A stretch of DNA of 64,000 nt from Macrostomum lignano (lineage: Eukaryota): NCBI GenBank assembly GCA_002269645.1, contig NIVC01003779.1, forward strand, positions 13,132 to 77,131. Reading direction: 5' to 3'. The translations under genes and the position numbers were made by a program. The notes under the pieces were generated by a model that saw nothing but the letters and a program-made list of their open reading frames with translations, was not told where the DNA came from and made no database searches. This document shows positions 1-12,140 of the stretch, piece after piece. The stretch's first letter is position 1. Each line of letters begins with the position of its first letter.

Positions 1-744
1 TTTTGAGTGCACAATTTAAAGAGAAAAGACGGACGAGATAGAGACAGAGATGAACTGCAGCGACTCGGCCATCGGGAGAGGCAAAATGCAATATTAATCA
101 GAGAATTCGGCATGAGACTCAGCTTCCCTATCGGCTTCATCTGCCTGCGCCCCCCCCCCTCCTCCCTAGGATCTCCCAGCTCGCAAGTTTGCCAATCCCG
201 CTTAATCCTAAATGGGCCGCCGCCCCAACCTTCTCCAGCTCCAAATGCACGCGTCCGCTCCCTGGACTGGTTTTCTATTTATTCTTCGCGGAGTCCTTGA
301 GCGCCGCCACCGACTCTGGGGACTTGTCGGGTGCGCTCGGTCTCAGGGCCTCACCGCTCACTCAGGCTGTCTGTCTGTCTGTCTGCTTGTCTGAGCTGTT
401 TTTTCATAAGCATTTAGTTCTTCCGTCCTCAACGTGTCGCCTGCACTGGATAACTTTCTCTTCTATTACGAAATGCGCATCTGTATGTGCATTTATAATT
501 TTCTAGCTAGTAGTTAAGGACGAGAACCACTAGTACGAGCCAGTTAGAAGACGGAACAATATAAGAGTCCAGTTTTTGCTTTGATATTGTTTTTCCAAAT
601 ATGTGGCCATATTGGTCAGTTAGCAGAAAGAGACAACAGCAACTCGTATTTTGTTCTTCTTTATGTGGATGTGGGCGCAACGAATAGCGGTGGGACAATT
701 CTAACCCCCGTTCCGCTCGCTCCTGAGTACATAAAAGCGCGCGG

Positions 745-960
745 ATACCATACGCAGGCACGCAGTCACGACTCGTGCTAATCGTCAGGCATGTACATTC
801 TCTGTGCATTGCAGGTTGGCCCTCGTGGGTGTGAATCGCACGACAACTACGGCAATGTTTCGCGCAGAAGCCGAGAATTAATGTTACTACGAGCTGCGAA
901 CGGAATCGAACCAGGGGTCGTGAAACGAGAATCAGAAGTGTTTAGCTCTGAGCTGCTCTG
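745..960 (-). mobile_element. tRNA-headed SINE, family 2 (diverged copy)
   Basis: Minus strand has A-box-like AGCTCAGAG and B-box GGTTCGATTCC (about 900-955). The body motif GCATGTACA.TCTCTGTGC is shared with the copies at 11387, 16770 and 59394. Confidence 0.55.
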
Positions 961-1427
961 CCCCCAATGCATGTACAGCTCGTATCGGAAGTCTAGAAGG
1001 TGGAAACTCGTCGATTAAGTGATAACAAAAATTCTCATGTGGCTAATGTGAGACCACTTTTAAGAAAAACTGGTCTCTCAAATGAACTTTCATATAGGAG
1101 CGTACCAGCGATACTTAGATACTTGAAATTACGCATTAAGTGTTGAGTGGAAACCAAACAAGTTGACTGACTCACTGTCGATATTGTCACAGATGAACTC
1201 CAGCTGATTGGTGAGAAGTCTCCAGTCAAACGTGGCCCGAATCAAATTGTAGCCGTGCTGGCATCGGCTCTTCACTTCGGTTGACCGGCTCTCGTATCTC
1301 TGCAGTGCACTGTTGGAGAGGTTCGTCAGAGTCAATGGTGCGAATGAAAAAATGAAAATAGGATCGCGAATCTTCCAAAGGATTTTTTGCGGAGACTGCA
1401 TGCCTCCATTCTCCAAGATGTTTGAGG

Positions 1428-1772
1428 ATGCGATTGCGGATGCGGATGTGGATGTGGATGTGGATGTGGATGTGGATGCGGATGTGGATGTGGATGTGGA
1501 TGTGGATGTGGGTGTGGATGTGGATGCGGATGTGGATGCGGATGCAGATGCGGATGTGAATGTGGATGTGAATGTGGATGTGAATGTGGATGTGGATGCG
1601 GATGTGGATGCGGATGCAGATGCGGATGTGGATGCGGATGCAGATGCGGATGTGAATGTGGATGTGGATGCGGATGTGGATGCGGATGTGGATGCGGATG
1701 TGGATGCGGATGCGGATGCGGATGCGGATGCGGGTGTGAATGTGAATGCGGATGCAGGTGCGGATGTAGATG
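1428..1772. repeat. Hexamer minisatellite (GTGGAT/GCGGAT)n
   Basis: Directly visible tandem hexamers; explains the DV/DA and HP repeat ORFs. Confidence 0.95.
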
Positions 1773-2577
1773 TATCAGATAGCTCGAAGATGCAGCTTTT
1801 ATTTCCATAATTGAAATTTTTATGACTATAGGGACAAAGAGTAAGAACGCTGAGGTGCTAAGAACCGTCTGTCTGCTGCATTGAACAGCTTAATTTTTTT
1901 CTAGCCCTGAGCTCTGGATCCCTGCGAAATGCGCGTCTAACACTGCGGGAGTAGCTGCGACAGAAACTGGAATCCAGTGAGTGAATGAGGCTGATTAATA
2001 ATTTACAAATACGAAGTAGGAGACTGGATGCCGGAATGAGGAAGCAAAATGGGGCGTCGATGTGAGAAGCTCCAACTCCCCGAGTGTCCCGCCATCGCGG
2101 ACGCGTCAACGCAGAGCACAGAGGAAAATAATCCTTACGGACAAATTTTGTTCCGCAGAATTTGGCTGGAGCCGCTCATCAGAACCGGGTAGGGGTAGGG
2201 ACCCCGCACGAACGGATCTCCGACGGCGTTAAGAAAGTCGTCACGAATTTTCTGCAGCATCTCTTGAAAGCGCGGCACGCACGTCGGATTGTCGTAGGCG
2301 AAGGCTGGAAAATCACGGCCAGGCGGAGGGAGGAGAGGATTTCGCTAAACAGATTGTAAAGTGCTTTTGACAGGTACAGTTATAGGGCACACTGGGGCAG
2401 AGACGGGTGCACTGGGGCACTGATAGCCAAAGCAGGCTAGGACTAACATCCGTGACCCGAACATATTTAGATCTAGACAAATCGCGATCTTGTGTCTGCG
2501 TTTCTTGGTTTTTTTATAAAGCTCTTTTAAAGTTTTTTATTCCCTAGAAACTACTGCACGCCTTTGGTCTTCGTAGT

Positions 2578-3525
2578 TTACTCACCGAACGCAGGCCTGG
2601 CAAAGTCGTATCGATCCCGGCAGGCCGCCGAGCCAAGCAGGTACGGAGCCACGTCTTGAAATCGCAACTCGGCGACGCGCCCGACGCAGCCGGTGGCAAC
2701 CAGAGCATTTAGACAGCCGAGGTACTCGTTGCTGAGCCCGCACTCGTCAGAGACCATGAGCCGGTTGCGCACTGAGAACATCAGGTTGCAGCGCCGGGCC
2801 AGGTAGCTGTCCAGCTGCTTGCTGATGCAGTGGGCGTAGCTGCTGTAGTCTGGAGAAGTAGAAAGTGCGAACTGAGGAGAGCTGCTTGTCGGGGGAGCTG
2901 CTGAGGCCAAGGCTGACACGACAACCCTCTATAGGTGAACAACAGGGCTAAAGCATTGCTCATTGAAGGAAGAGAAATCATAAAGCGTATTTGTCGATCA
3001 AAGCGATTTGAGATGTTTGAGCAACGTGGAACCGCATTCAGCTCAGAACGCTGAGAATACAAGTACAACAGAAAATTATTCCAGTACGCACTTGTCTCGC
3101 ATACGCCATTGAAAAAGCCGTCAAAGCGGTAAAAGTACTCCTCCTGCTTGGCCCGCCACCAGCTGCAGCGAGACCAGCTGGACTGGAACCTGCGCACCGC
3201 CGCGTCCTGACAGTCTTTGTAGACTCGCAGGTTGCTGCAAGTGGATTTTAGTGCGTGACAGTCCTATAAATATTCAAACCAATCTTACTAACAACCCTCC
3301 TGTACCCCTAGAACACCTGTACCACTCACGAGCAGATGGTAACCAACTGTGCAGGCATCTGCAGGCTGAGCTGCAGCACGGACACCAGGCCGGAGGTCTT
3401 GGACTCGAATGAGTAGTTAAACACGTGACTCCGTGTGCTCGGGCCCAGGCGGTTGATGCACGTGTCCAACTCGAAGTTGAACTCGGTCTCGCTGCAACTT
3501 GCGAGCTCGATGGCCTCTGTGCGGA
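2578..3525 (-). CDS. Cys-rich, probably secreted helical protein (DUF19-like Cys spacing); 5' exon(s) not identified
   Basis: Three phase-compatible GT-AG exons: 3330-3525, 3092-3234, 2578-2849. Spliced product: ...VRTEAIELASCSETEFNFELDTCINRLG...ICSNLRVYKDCQDAAVRRF...CETNYSSYAHCISKQLDSYLARRC...FARPAFGE*. Family assignment is tentative. Confidence 0.65.
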
Positions 3526-4846
3526 CTGTAGACGGATTTTGATAGGAAATATACTAGGTTGCGCCAAAAATGAGACCGACATTTTTTTTCCATTAGACAA
3601 AAAACTTTAGTCGTGAGAATCCTTCAAATAGGGAAGAGCAGCGAGTAATGCTTTAAGCCTTGTTCCCGTTGGGAAGCTGAAAACCGAAGGAGACAGCGCG
3701 AGTTCTTCCCCACACTCGAGACAGCATGCAAAGCAGCATTTTCTTTCTCAACTTCATATCTGTCTTTGAGTGTTTTTTCTCTAGCGCTTAATTAATAAAA
3801 CATGAGCGCAGCAAGTGGGCACAAAAAATCGAATCCCGGACGCCTGCTGCCTGGGGATCTTCGGATTGCCTGAACTGTCTGGGAGAATTGCTGAATTATT
3901 GACGCCAGCACCTGTCGCCAGACGCATGCGAGCAAGCAAAGTCAGCTCGAATGCGATGCAGACAGCAGCGTCATGAAACCAGTGCCAATTTAAGCAGCCA
4001 TCGATTAATAATTTAACAGCGATTTTCTCCGTGGAGGCCAGAGAGAGAGGCTGGCATTTTCACGATTTCGACTGCCTGGCTCGCTGGCAGCGAATTCCCG
4101 AGAGTCTGATGAAAAAGCTGCGATTTTTGTGCCAATCTTTTGCACCGCCTGCTCCCAGCCAAGTTAGCATTGTTATACACGGATTAGACTGCCAGACATG
4201 CCTTATACAGCATGGAGCTTGGGCACGCGTCTGCCTATTGAAATTCAGCGAGACGCAATGCCACCCTTGATTCGTTTACCCGTTTCGCAGCTCTCAGCAC
4301 AATAAATTGCGTGACCGAGGGCGATGGCGTGACTGCAACGCCATCCTGTGTCTGACAATGTGCCAAAATTTATGATAAGCTTTAAAAATAAGCAGCTTCC
4401 GGTTGCGCAGCCAAGGTTGGGATTGCTCAAGATATGCAGAGACCAAACAGAGGGACTGGCTAGACAGCGTTCTAAGGGGGGATAAACATCCCCTTTAAAA
4501 GATAGACGTCGGGAACGGAGGTAGAAAAGAGGGGACAGGAAGGTATATAGAATGATAGAGTTTTTTGAAATAAGGAGCACTAAGGACAATCTAACCTAGG
4601 GACTGGAGGCGACCACACTCGATTAAGTAAATGCTTCTTCCATAGTATAAAGTATTTAAATAAGATACTTCATCGTATAAATAGAAGATGTAATAGTCTG
4701 AATCCCTGCTAAGTGGCCAGCTTATATCTGTGCTCACATCATCATTAACTGTGCTCACTAGAGATCAGCTTGACTTTCTCTATTGTTAAACGTGGCTGCA
4801 ATGCGGGATGCATACTAACTGTAACCAGTTATGCTTAACTTCATTG

Positions 4847-5113
4847 TACGGATCGTGGTTGATTGCGTCCGACTCATGACCTGAAAGGTCGGGGGTTCGA
4901 TTCCCGATCCCACTGGAACGATTTGTGTCCTTGAGCAAGACGCTTAACTCTGCATTGCTTCAGTTCACCCAGCTGTAAAATGGGTGCCAGCATTAGCTGG
5001 GGAAATTGAGGGTGTGTGTGGCGACCCCCCAGTCCTTGGACTGAACAGCCGTACGCAACCTTCAGATGCGCCGCGCAATAGCTGCGGCTGAACTGTCGGT
5101 TGCAACTAATAAT
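4847..5113 (+). mobile_element. tRNA-derived CORE-type SINE, family 1 (near full length)
   Basis: B-box GGTTCGATTCCC, then TGTGTCCTTGAGCAAGACGCTTAAC...CAGCTGTAAAATGGG, which resembles the MIR/CORE domain. Homologous copies at 40682 and 63499. Confidence 0.8.
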
Positions 5114-5974
5114 TTACGAGCTTCAGGTCGGCAGACGCATTGTATTGAAGGTGTTAATGATGAAGTTAAATGCCTCGGAGTAATTGGATGCCCTGGACCA
5201 GACATTAACGCGAACGTGCGGGCGGCCTTTCTCTGCCTTTGATTGACTGGGCGCACTATCCCATCTCTGCATTGCTTTGCTACCGTCCGTTCACCGCAGG
5301 CCAGTTATTAATTTTGCTAAAAAATAAGAGAATTCCCATTTGAAGCTGTCAATCAGGTCTGCTCCACACCAGTTGACAGGATTAGAGAAGGCCATCCGTC
5401 GCAAAGGCGGCGATGCTATTGACAGGTCACGACAAGATTTAGATCGAAGCAAGATTGCTGCGTAGGAGAGGGCGAAGATTTCTCAATGGGGAGCTCAGGA
5501 AGGACGGGAGCAGGGGAGGGAATTGAGCTTCCATATCTTCCATACGAGAGGAAAATAGCGGGTAGGCCACTCAGCGAAACGGCTGACTGGGCGGCAACAA
5601 AACGGTCATTTCCTACCGTGAGAAATGGCGAAATAATACGAGGACGGGGCAATATTAATGCTGGCCTCGGAATGCTCAGTGCTCAGCAGTTAATATAATA
5701 TCTGCTCCAGAGATCTGGCAGCCGGAACTTGCGAACCAGAATAAGTGCCAACTTTAATTTATTTTCTTTCCACGATTTGGCGCAAGTCTCCGGTGAGCCA
5801 TTCTCGATTTTCACGAGACGAAACGGCAAGTCTGGGCCCGATCGTGACAGGCAAAACCGCCTGACGCCAAGCCGCGAGTTGCACTGCGAATTTTGACAGT
5901 CTTATACGGAAATGAATCGAAATGCTGTGGAAACTTCGTGTGAAGATTCCTGGGGGAGTCAGTTGGGTCACAGA

Positions 5975-6225
5975 ATAGTCAGTGGGGTCACAGAGGAGTC
6001 AGTGGGGTCACAGAGGAGTCAGTGGGGTCACAGAGGAGTCAGTGGGGTCACAGAGGAGTCAGTGGGGTCACAGAGGAGTCAGTGGGGTCACAGAGGAGTC
6101 AGTGGGGTCACAGAGGAGTCAGTGGGGTCACAGAGGAGTCAGTGGGGTCACAGAGGAGTCAGTGGGGTCACAGAGGAGTCAGTGGGGTCACAGAGGAGTC
6201 AGTGGGGTCACAGAGGAGTCAGTGG
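5975..6225. repeat. 20-bp minisatellite AGTGGGGTCACAGAGGAGTC, about 12 copies
   Basis: Near-perfect tandem units are visible. Confidence 0.95.
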
Positions 6226-6244
6226 AACTTAAATGGTACTGAAG

Positions 6245-6738
6245 TGACACTACAGTGGCACTACAGTGACACCACAGTGACATTACAGTGACATTACAGT
6301 GACACCACAGTGACATTACAGTAACACTACAGTGACACCACAGTGACATTACAGTGACATTACAGTGACACCACAGTGACATTACAGTGACATTACAGTG
6401 ACACCACAGTGACATTACAGTAACACTACAGTGACACCACAGTGACGCTACCGAGCCACCACAGTGACACCACAGTGACACCACAGTGACACCACAGTGA
6501 CGCTACCGAGCCACCACAGTGACACCACAGTGACACCACAGTGACACCACAGTGACACCACAGTGACACTACAGTGACACCACAGTGAAAGTCAGTGACA
6601 CCACAGTGACACCACAGTGACACCACAGTGACACCACAGTGACACCACAGTGACACCACAGTGACACCACAGTGACACCACAGTGACACTACAGTGACAC
6701 CACAGTGAAAGTCAGTGACACCACAGTGACACCACAGC
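6245..6738. repeat. 9/11-bp minisatellite (CAGTGACACCA / CAGTGACATTA)
   Basis: Tandem degenerate units containing CACAGTG. Confidence 0.95.
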
Positions 6739-7939
6739 GACGCTGCAACGCAGCTCAGACGCATTGGTGGATGGATGGACGGACAGAAGCAAGGGGGAGG
6801 GAAACTGCCACTCAGTCTGAAGCCCGTCCGACACTTGCCAGTCAAGGCCCGTGGGCCGCAGGTGGGGTCTGAGAGCGGCTGCGTCAAAGCTTGAATTGTT
6901 TATAGCTGGCCGAAATTGCGATAATGGCGCGCGGAGAAGCACCAGACGCGCCCGCAGGCCAGTGTTGACGCAGGCGGTCAGAGGCGACGCTGGCTGACTT
7001 CCGTGACGCTTCGGCCCCAGCCTCTTTTCCGTCAGTCTGCAGCGCAAGCCGCCACTTTCTTGACGGTCAAGGGGCGACGCGGCGACGAGATATTTCTTCA
7101 TCGAAAGTTTCCTACAAATGCGCGTAAGGGTAGGGGGGAACCCGGCCACCAGCCACCCGCTGTGACCTTTTAGCCGGCCTGCACTCTGCTGGCAGGCCCC
7201 TAGGACCAAGGGGGGGGGTCAGTTCTCTCCAGCCCCTCGGGGCCTGTCGGGAATCAGCAGAAAGGGGAGCAGATCCCCCTTCAGTCTAAAGCGGTCCATC
7301 AGTCTAAAAGTTTCCAAAAAAACTGAGGCTGCTTGGATGAATGGCGGAAACGGGAGCGGCGCGTTTTGAGGGAGGCAGGGGGAGAAAGGAAGAAATCAGC
7401 GGTAAAATTTTAGCATTCCTTCGGGTCTGAACCACCGGGCAGCGGTCCCCGGAGGCGCGCTCCCTCACATAGTTGCCGCATCTTTAGCACCTTCGGCTGC
7501 ACTGGGTGGAGACCCCCACCCTCTCCCCACAGCCAAGTGCGGAGGCCGCAGAGCGATTGCAGCCGCCGCGCGGCCGCAGTGCTGCTTTGTCGGGTCCTGC
7601 AAGTCCTTCAAGTGTCTCGTGTCTTCCATCAGTCCCCGGCCTGCCAATTTGGCCTCCTGCAGCCCCGAGGCGGCGTCCTTGTCGGCTAATAGTTATTTTT
7701 GTGGGAGGGGCAGGAAACAGGGGCAAATAATCTGTGTAGAAGAAAACTTGTAAAAATGCGGCAAGGACACAAACTGCTGTTGCTTTGGCGGGCCAACACC
7801 AGAAACAGCTGTTTGTTTTACGCCTTTTCTGTTCCTCCCTGCGAGTCTAACACTTTTCGAGTGGGAATTCATTGCTTGCTGGACAATTGGAGACTATTGC
7901 AGCAGGTGCGCTTTACTATTAGTCTGATAAGGTGCCACT

Positions 7940-7940
<1 letters not shown>

Positions 7941-8028
<88 letters not shown>

Positions 8029-8040
8029 CAGACAGACAGA
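7941..8040. repeat. (GACA)n microsatellite
   Basis: Directly visible. Confidence 0.95.
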
Positions 8041-9214
8041 CTTAGTTGCCGAGCCGCACGGCCCACCTGCTTCAGCCTGGCCACCCGACAGAATTGAATC
8101 GGACCAGCTGCGGCCCCAGCCTCGCAGTCGTGCACCAGCCGCCCCATTGCACGGCTGGCTGGGGGCCCAGAAACCGAATTAACAGCCGCGGAGGCGAGCT
8201 CGACTTCGCCCCCGCTAATTAAGCTGCAGTTTACGTTGGGCAGATTATCCCATTTCCCGGGAGCCTCAATCCCAGCTCAGTCCTTGGCTCCTCCCCTCTT
8301 CCCGCGGACATGCAGACTCTCCCCCCCCCTACTCGCAATTTCCTTGAGCAGTCCCGTCAGCTTCCTCTTAGCTCCATCTCGCAACTGCCTGCTTTTGCTA
8401 CAGGAGGCCCCAAGCACAGAGGAGTCCAGGAACACGAAGTCATCCCCGCCCGAGCCTCCTTGACCCCCCGCCCTGCGCACTGTAGCTTCTTATAATGAGA
8501 ATTAACTTTTGAGAGCTCGCCCTCGCTACTACTCCCATGAATCCTTGAGTGGCTTGGAGTCACGATAATTAAAATAATGACGCTTTGACGACGCTTGTAG
8601 CACGTCTCGCAACTGGTCCAGAATCTCTGGATGCAGGACAGAATTCCATGGACTGCTCAGCGCATATGATGCGAGATTAATTCACAAGCTTGTCACACTG
8701 AATGCTGACAAATGCTGCATCGCATTAAGTACCAGAAACATCTTCTTTTTTCTACCATGCTGCAGAAGATATCCAGTGCTTCTTCTGTTGTCTGCAAGTC
8801 CATGTTGGGGAGAGACCGTAGCGGCTGCAAGGCTGCAACAGATCAACACCCGCATGCTTTGGTAGTCGGGCGGGACCCAACTGCAGGGAGGCTGGGAAGC
8901 AGCTTCATCATGCTACGCAGTCCTGTATACTAGGAACTCATCAGGCAATCGATGTGCTCTTTCGCTTCACTACCTTCGGCTAACAGTAAACTCAGCATCC
9001 CCTGTCCGATTCGATAATTTGATGTCGAGTGCCTCTCTTTGTCTCTCGACACTCAACAGCCTTCGTATTTGAGCTAACCGCGGCCCTCTCGCCATCAAGT
9101 GAAGAGGCAAAATGCGGAGTTCGAAAGAACTGTGCTCGGACTGGGGTGGAGGGAGAGAACGGACAAAATCCGGGTTACTGGTAAGGCAGTGGATTATTGA
9201 ATCAAGTACGCTCC

Positions 9215-10220
9215 TAGATGTTGCCGGGTCTCTAGATGATGTCAGGGGCTCTAGATTATGTCAGGGTCTCTAGATGTCAGGGGCTCTAGATTATGTCAGA
9301 GTCTCTAGATGTCAGGGGCTCTAGACATTGTCAGGGTCTCCAGATGTTGTCAGTGTCCCTAGAGAATGCCAGGGTCTCTAGATATTTCTCTAGATGTTGT
9401 CAGGATCCCCAGATATCTCTAGGGTCTTTAGATGTTGCCAGGGTCTCTAGATATTTCTAGTGTTATTAGATATTGCCCAGGGTCTCTAGACGCTTTTAGG
9501 GTCTCTAGATGTTGCCAAGGGTTTCTAGACGTTTTTAAGGTCTCTAGAAGTTGCCAAGGGTCTCTAGATGTTGCCAAGGATCTCTAAATATTGCCAGGGT
9601 CTCTAGATATTTCTAGGGTCGAAATGTTGCCAAGGTCTCTAGATGTTGTCAAGGGTCTCTAGATGCTGCCAAGGTCACTAAATATTACCAGGGTCTAGAT
9701 GTTGCCAAGGGTCTTTAGATGTTGCTTAGGGTCTCTAGATGTTGCCAAGGGTCTCTAGATGTTGTCAAGGGTCTCTAGATGTTGCCAAGACTCTCTAGAT
9801 ATTTCAAGGGTCTAGATGTTGCCAAGGGTCTCTAGATGTTGCCAGGGTCTCTAGATATTTCTAGGGTCTAGATGTTGCAAGGGTCTCTAGATGTTGCCAG
9901 GGTCTATAGATATTTCTAGGGTCTAGATGTTGCAAGGGTCTCTAGATGTTGCCAGGGTCTATAGATATTTCTAGGGTCTAGATGTTGCCAAGGGTCTCTA
10001 GACGTTGCCAAGGCTCTCTAGATATTTCTAGGGTATAGATGTTGCAAGGGTCTCTAGATGTTGCTTAGGGTCTCTAGATGTTGCCAAGGGTCTCTAGATG
10101 TTGTCAAGGGTCTCTAGATGTTGCCAAGGGTCTCTAGATGTTGTCAAGGGTCTCTAGATGTTGTCAAGGGTCTCTAGATGTTGTCAAGGGTCTCTAGATG
10201 TTGCCAAGGCTCCCTAGAAG
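9215..10220. repeat. About 20-bp degenerate minisatellite (GTCTCTAGATGTTGCCAAGG)
   Basis: About 1 kb of tandem units centred on the palindrome TCTAGA. Confidence 0.9.
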
Positions 10221-11016
10221 AGATGCATTGTTTCTAGGATGGAAATTGGCCAGGCTCTTCTTAACGATTTAGGCATCTCTATTTAGGTGTTTCAAAATCC
10301 TTGGACGGGGTTTAACATAGTCTATAGGTTAGCATCGATGGCTTTAGATAGGTAGCTCGTACAAAACTTATAGACCGGAAATTTAAAGACATAACTTGAG
10401 CGCTCAAAAAATCCTATTATTAGTATCAGCTAACATATAAGCCACTCACCAAACAGGAGCACCGCCAAGGCCTGCAGAAGCAGTGCAGAACAGTGCAGCA
10501 TTGTTGGTCAAGAGCAGAGCTAAGAATGATCACAGATCGACACGGGCTGCCAGCAGATGCCGTTGGCAATGCCGAGCTGCCGCAGACTCCTCGTTGCCAA
10601 ATATATCCGCGTCAATAGGGCTGGCTAATGATGGCGCTGCTGAGATTGAATCATTCCAATATCAGCCAAATTGGGGAGAGTCTGCAAGTGGGTCGCAGAG
10701 CCTGGCTCAGTGTTGACCCTGCGGATTGAAACTCTGTTTGCGATTTCGTGGCAGACGACAGCATGAGGTCAGTATAGGGTTCAGAGAGGCGGGTGCTGAA
10801 GCAGTATTAATCTGGGGCCCTCAGCCAATCAGAGCTGGCGAGTTCGTGGCCCTGGTAGCCATTGGCCCGGAAAGCATTGCAAAAAGCAGGGCATTGCAAA
10901 CACGCTTAAAGTCGGTTCAACTGGAGAAATTGAGAACTTTTAAAATTAAAAAGAAAATTTCTTCTATAGTTATAGAAAAGTCTTGCGTCCAATTCAAAAC
11001 TTGACAATTTTGACGA

Positions 11017-11345
11017 TGTGAAGTTTCCAGTTTATGAAATTTCCAGATTGTGAAGTTTCCAGATTGTGAAGTTTCCAGTTTGGGAAGTTTCCAGTTTGGG
11101 AAGTTTCCAGATTGTGAAGTTTCCAGTCTGTGAAGTTTCCAGATTGTGAAGTTTCCAGATTGTGAAGTTTCCAGTCTGTGAAGTTTTCAGTTTGGGAAGT
11201 TTACAGTTTGGGAATTTTCCAGATTGTGAAGTTTCCAGTCTGTGAAGTTTCCAGATTGTAAAGTTTCCAGTCTGTGAAGTTTCCAGTTTGGGAAGTTTCG
11301 AGCTTGGGAAGTTTCCAGATTGTGAAGTTCCCAGATGGGGAAGTT
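11017..11345. repeat. 16-bp minisatellite (GTGAAGTTTCCAGATT)
   Basis: Tandem degenerate units. Confidence 0.9.
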
Positions 11346-11386
11346 TGTGATCGTTAGTTTTTCCTCGTAGTTACATGTAGAAGCAG

Positions 11387-11740
11387 GGGGTTGTGTGCAC
11401 CCTGGCGCACTTTAAGCGACATTGTCACACAACCGGCGAGAGGCATTGCTGCCCATTCCGCCGACTCCCCTGAGCAGGCACACAAGCGCAAGGATGCGTA
11501 CGCAGTCATACGCGCAGGCACACACTCACACAGGTGTAAAGCGGCCCTAACTTAATTTATCGTTAGACATGTACACTTCACTGTGCCTTGGGGGTTGGCC
11601 ATCAAGGACGTTATTTACACAAGCAGGGCCAAGCCGAGATTCCAATTTATCCCCAAATTATTAATGTGACTGCACTTGGAATCGAGCCTGGGCCGCTGGT
11701 ACATCAGAGCGCCGCGCCAGACCGCTGGTCTAGGCCGCCA
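11387..11740 (-). mobile_element. tRNA-headed SINE, family 2
   Basis: About 310 bp closely matches 59394-59712. The minus strand carries a B-box-like GGCTCGATTCC at about 11677-11687. Confidence 0.75.
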
Positions 11741-11965
11741 CAAAGTTTGTGATGTAGAAGGCCGATGGACTCGCACATCGTGCGAAAACATAAAAACACC
11801 AAAAGCTCCTGAGACATCCGTAGCAAAGTCGGGGCCCATAAGGCAGTGCCATTTTTAATAAGCTAAATTGGTTCTAACATTTATTTCAACACTGACTATG
11901 GAGAGTGAATTGAATTGCTTTAATATATAGGCAGGAAAGTCTGAGGACTGCACAGTGCGAAAGCC

Positions 11966-12140
11966 GACGGCGGCAAGGCCACAGCTATAAACTGTCACTC
12001 GCTGCGGTCTCCAGTGGGAAACGGCAGCAAGGCCACAGCTATAAACTGTCACTCGCTGGGGTCTCCAGTGGGAAACGGCAGCAAGGCCACAGCTATAAAC
12101 TGTCACTCGCTGGGGTCTCCAGTGGGAAACGGCGGCAAGC
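11966..12140. repeat. 55-bp x3 tandem repeat overlapping the PUDP stop codon
   Basis: The unit (minus strand) includes TTGCCGCCGTTTCCCACTGGAGACCCCAGCGAGTGA; the first copy is the end of the CDS. Confidence 0.85.

Noticed and set aside
1313-1810. Long low-complexity ORFs over repeats (also 5912-6887, 17608-18203, 22069-22419, 28540-29334, 29557-31036, 31287-31990, 33182-33622, 38563-39597, 41496-42957, 46767-48332)
   Set aside because: They are open only because the repeat unit lacks stops, often in several frames at once, and they lie inside introns or intergenic DNA.
5040-5113. Self-cleaving ribozyme in the SINE tail
   Set aside because: A pseudoknot-like pairing is possible, but I could not find the hammerhead (CUGANGA/GAAA), twister or HDV core motifs with the right spacing.
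6245-6738. RAG recombination signals or Transib ends
   Set aside because: Heptamer only; no ACAAAAACC nonamer at 12/23 spacing and no transposase. Kept only as a motif-enrichment observation.
6750-9200. Coding or transposon remnants in the GC-rich stretch (and ORFs at 10483-11004, 15468-15878)
   Set aside because: Short ORFs without recognisable domains or a phase-consistent exon chain.
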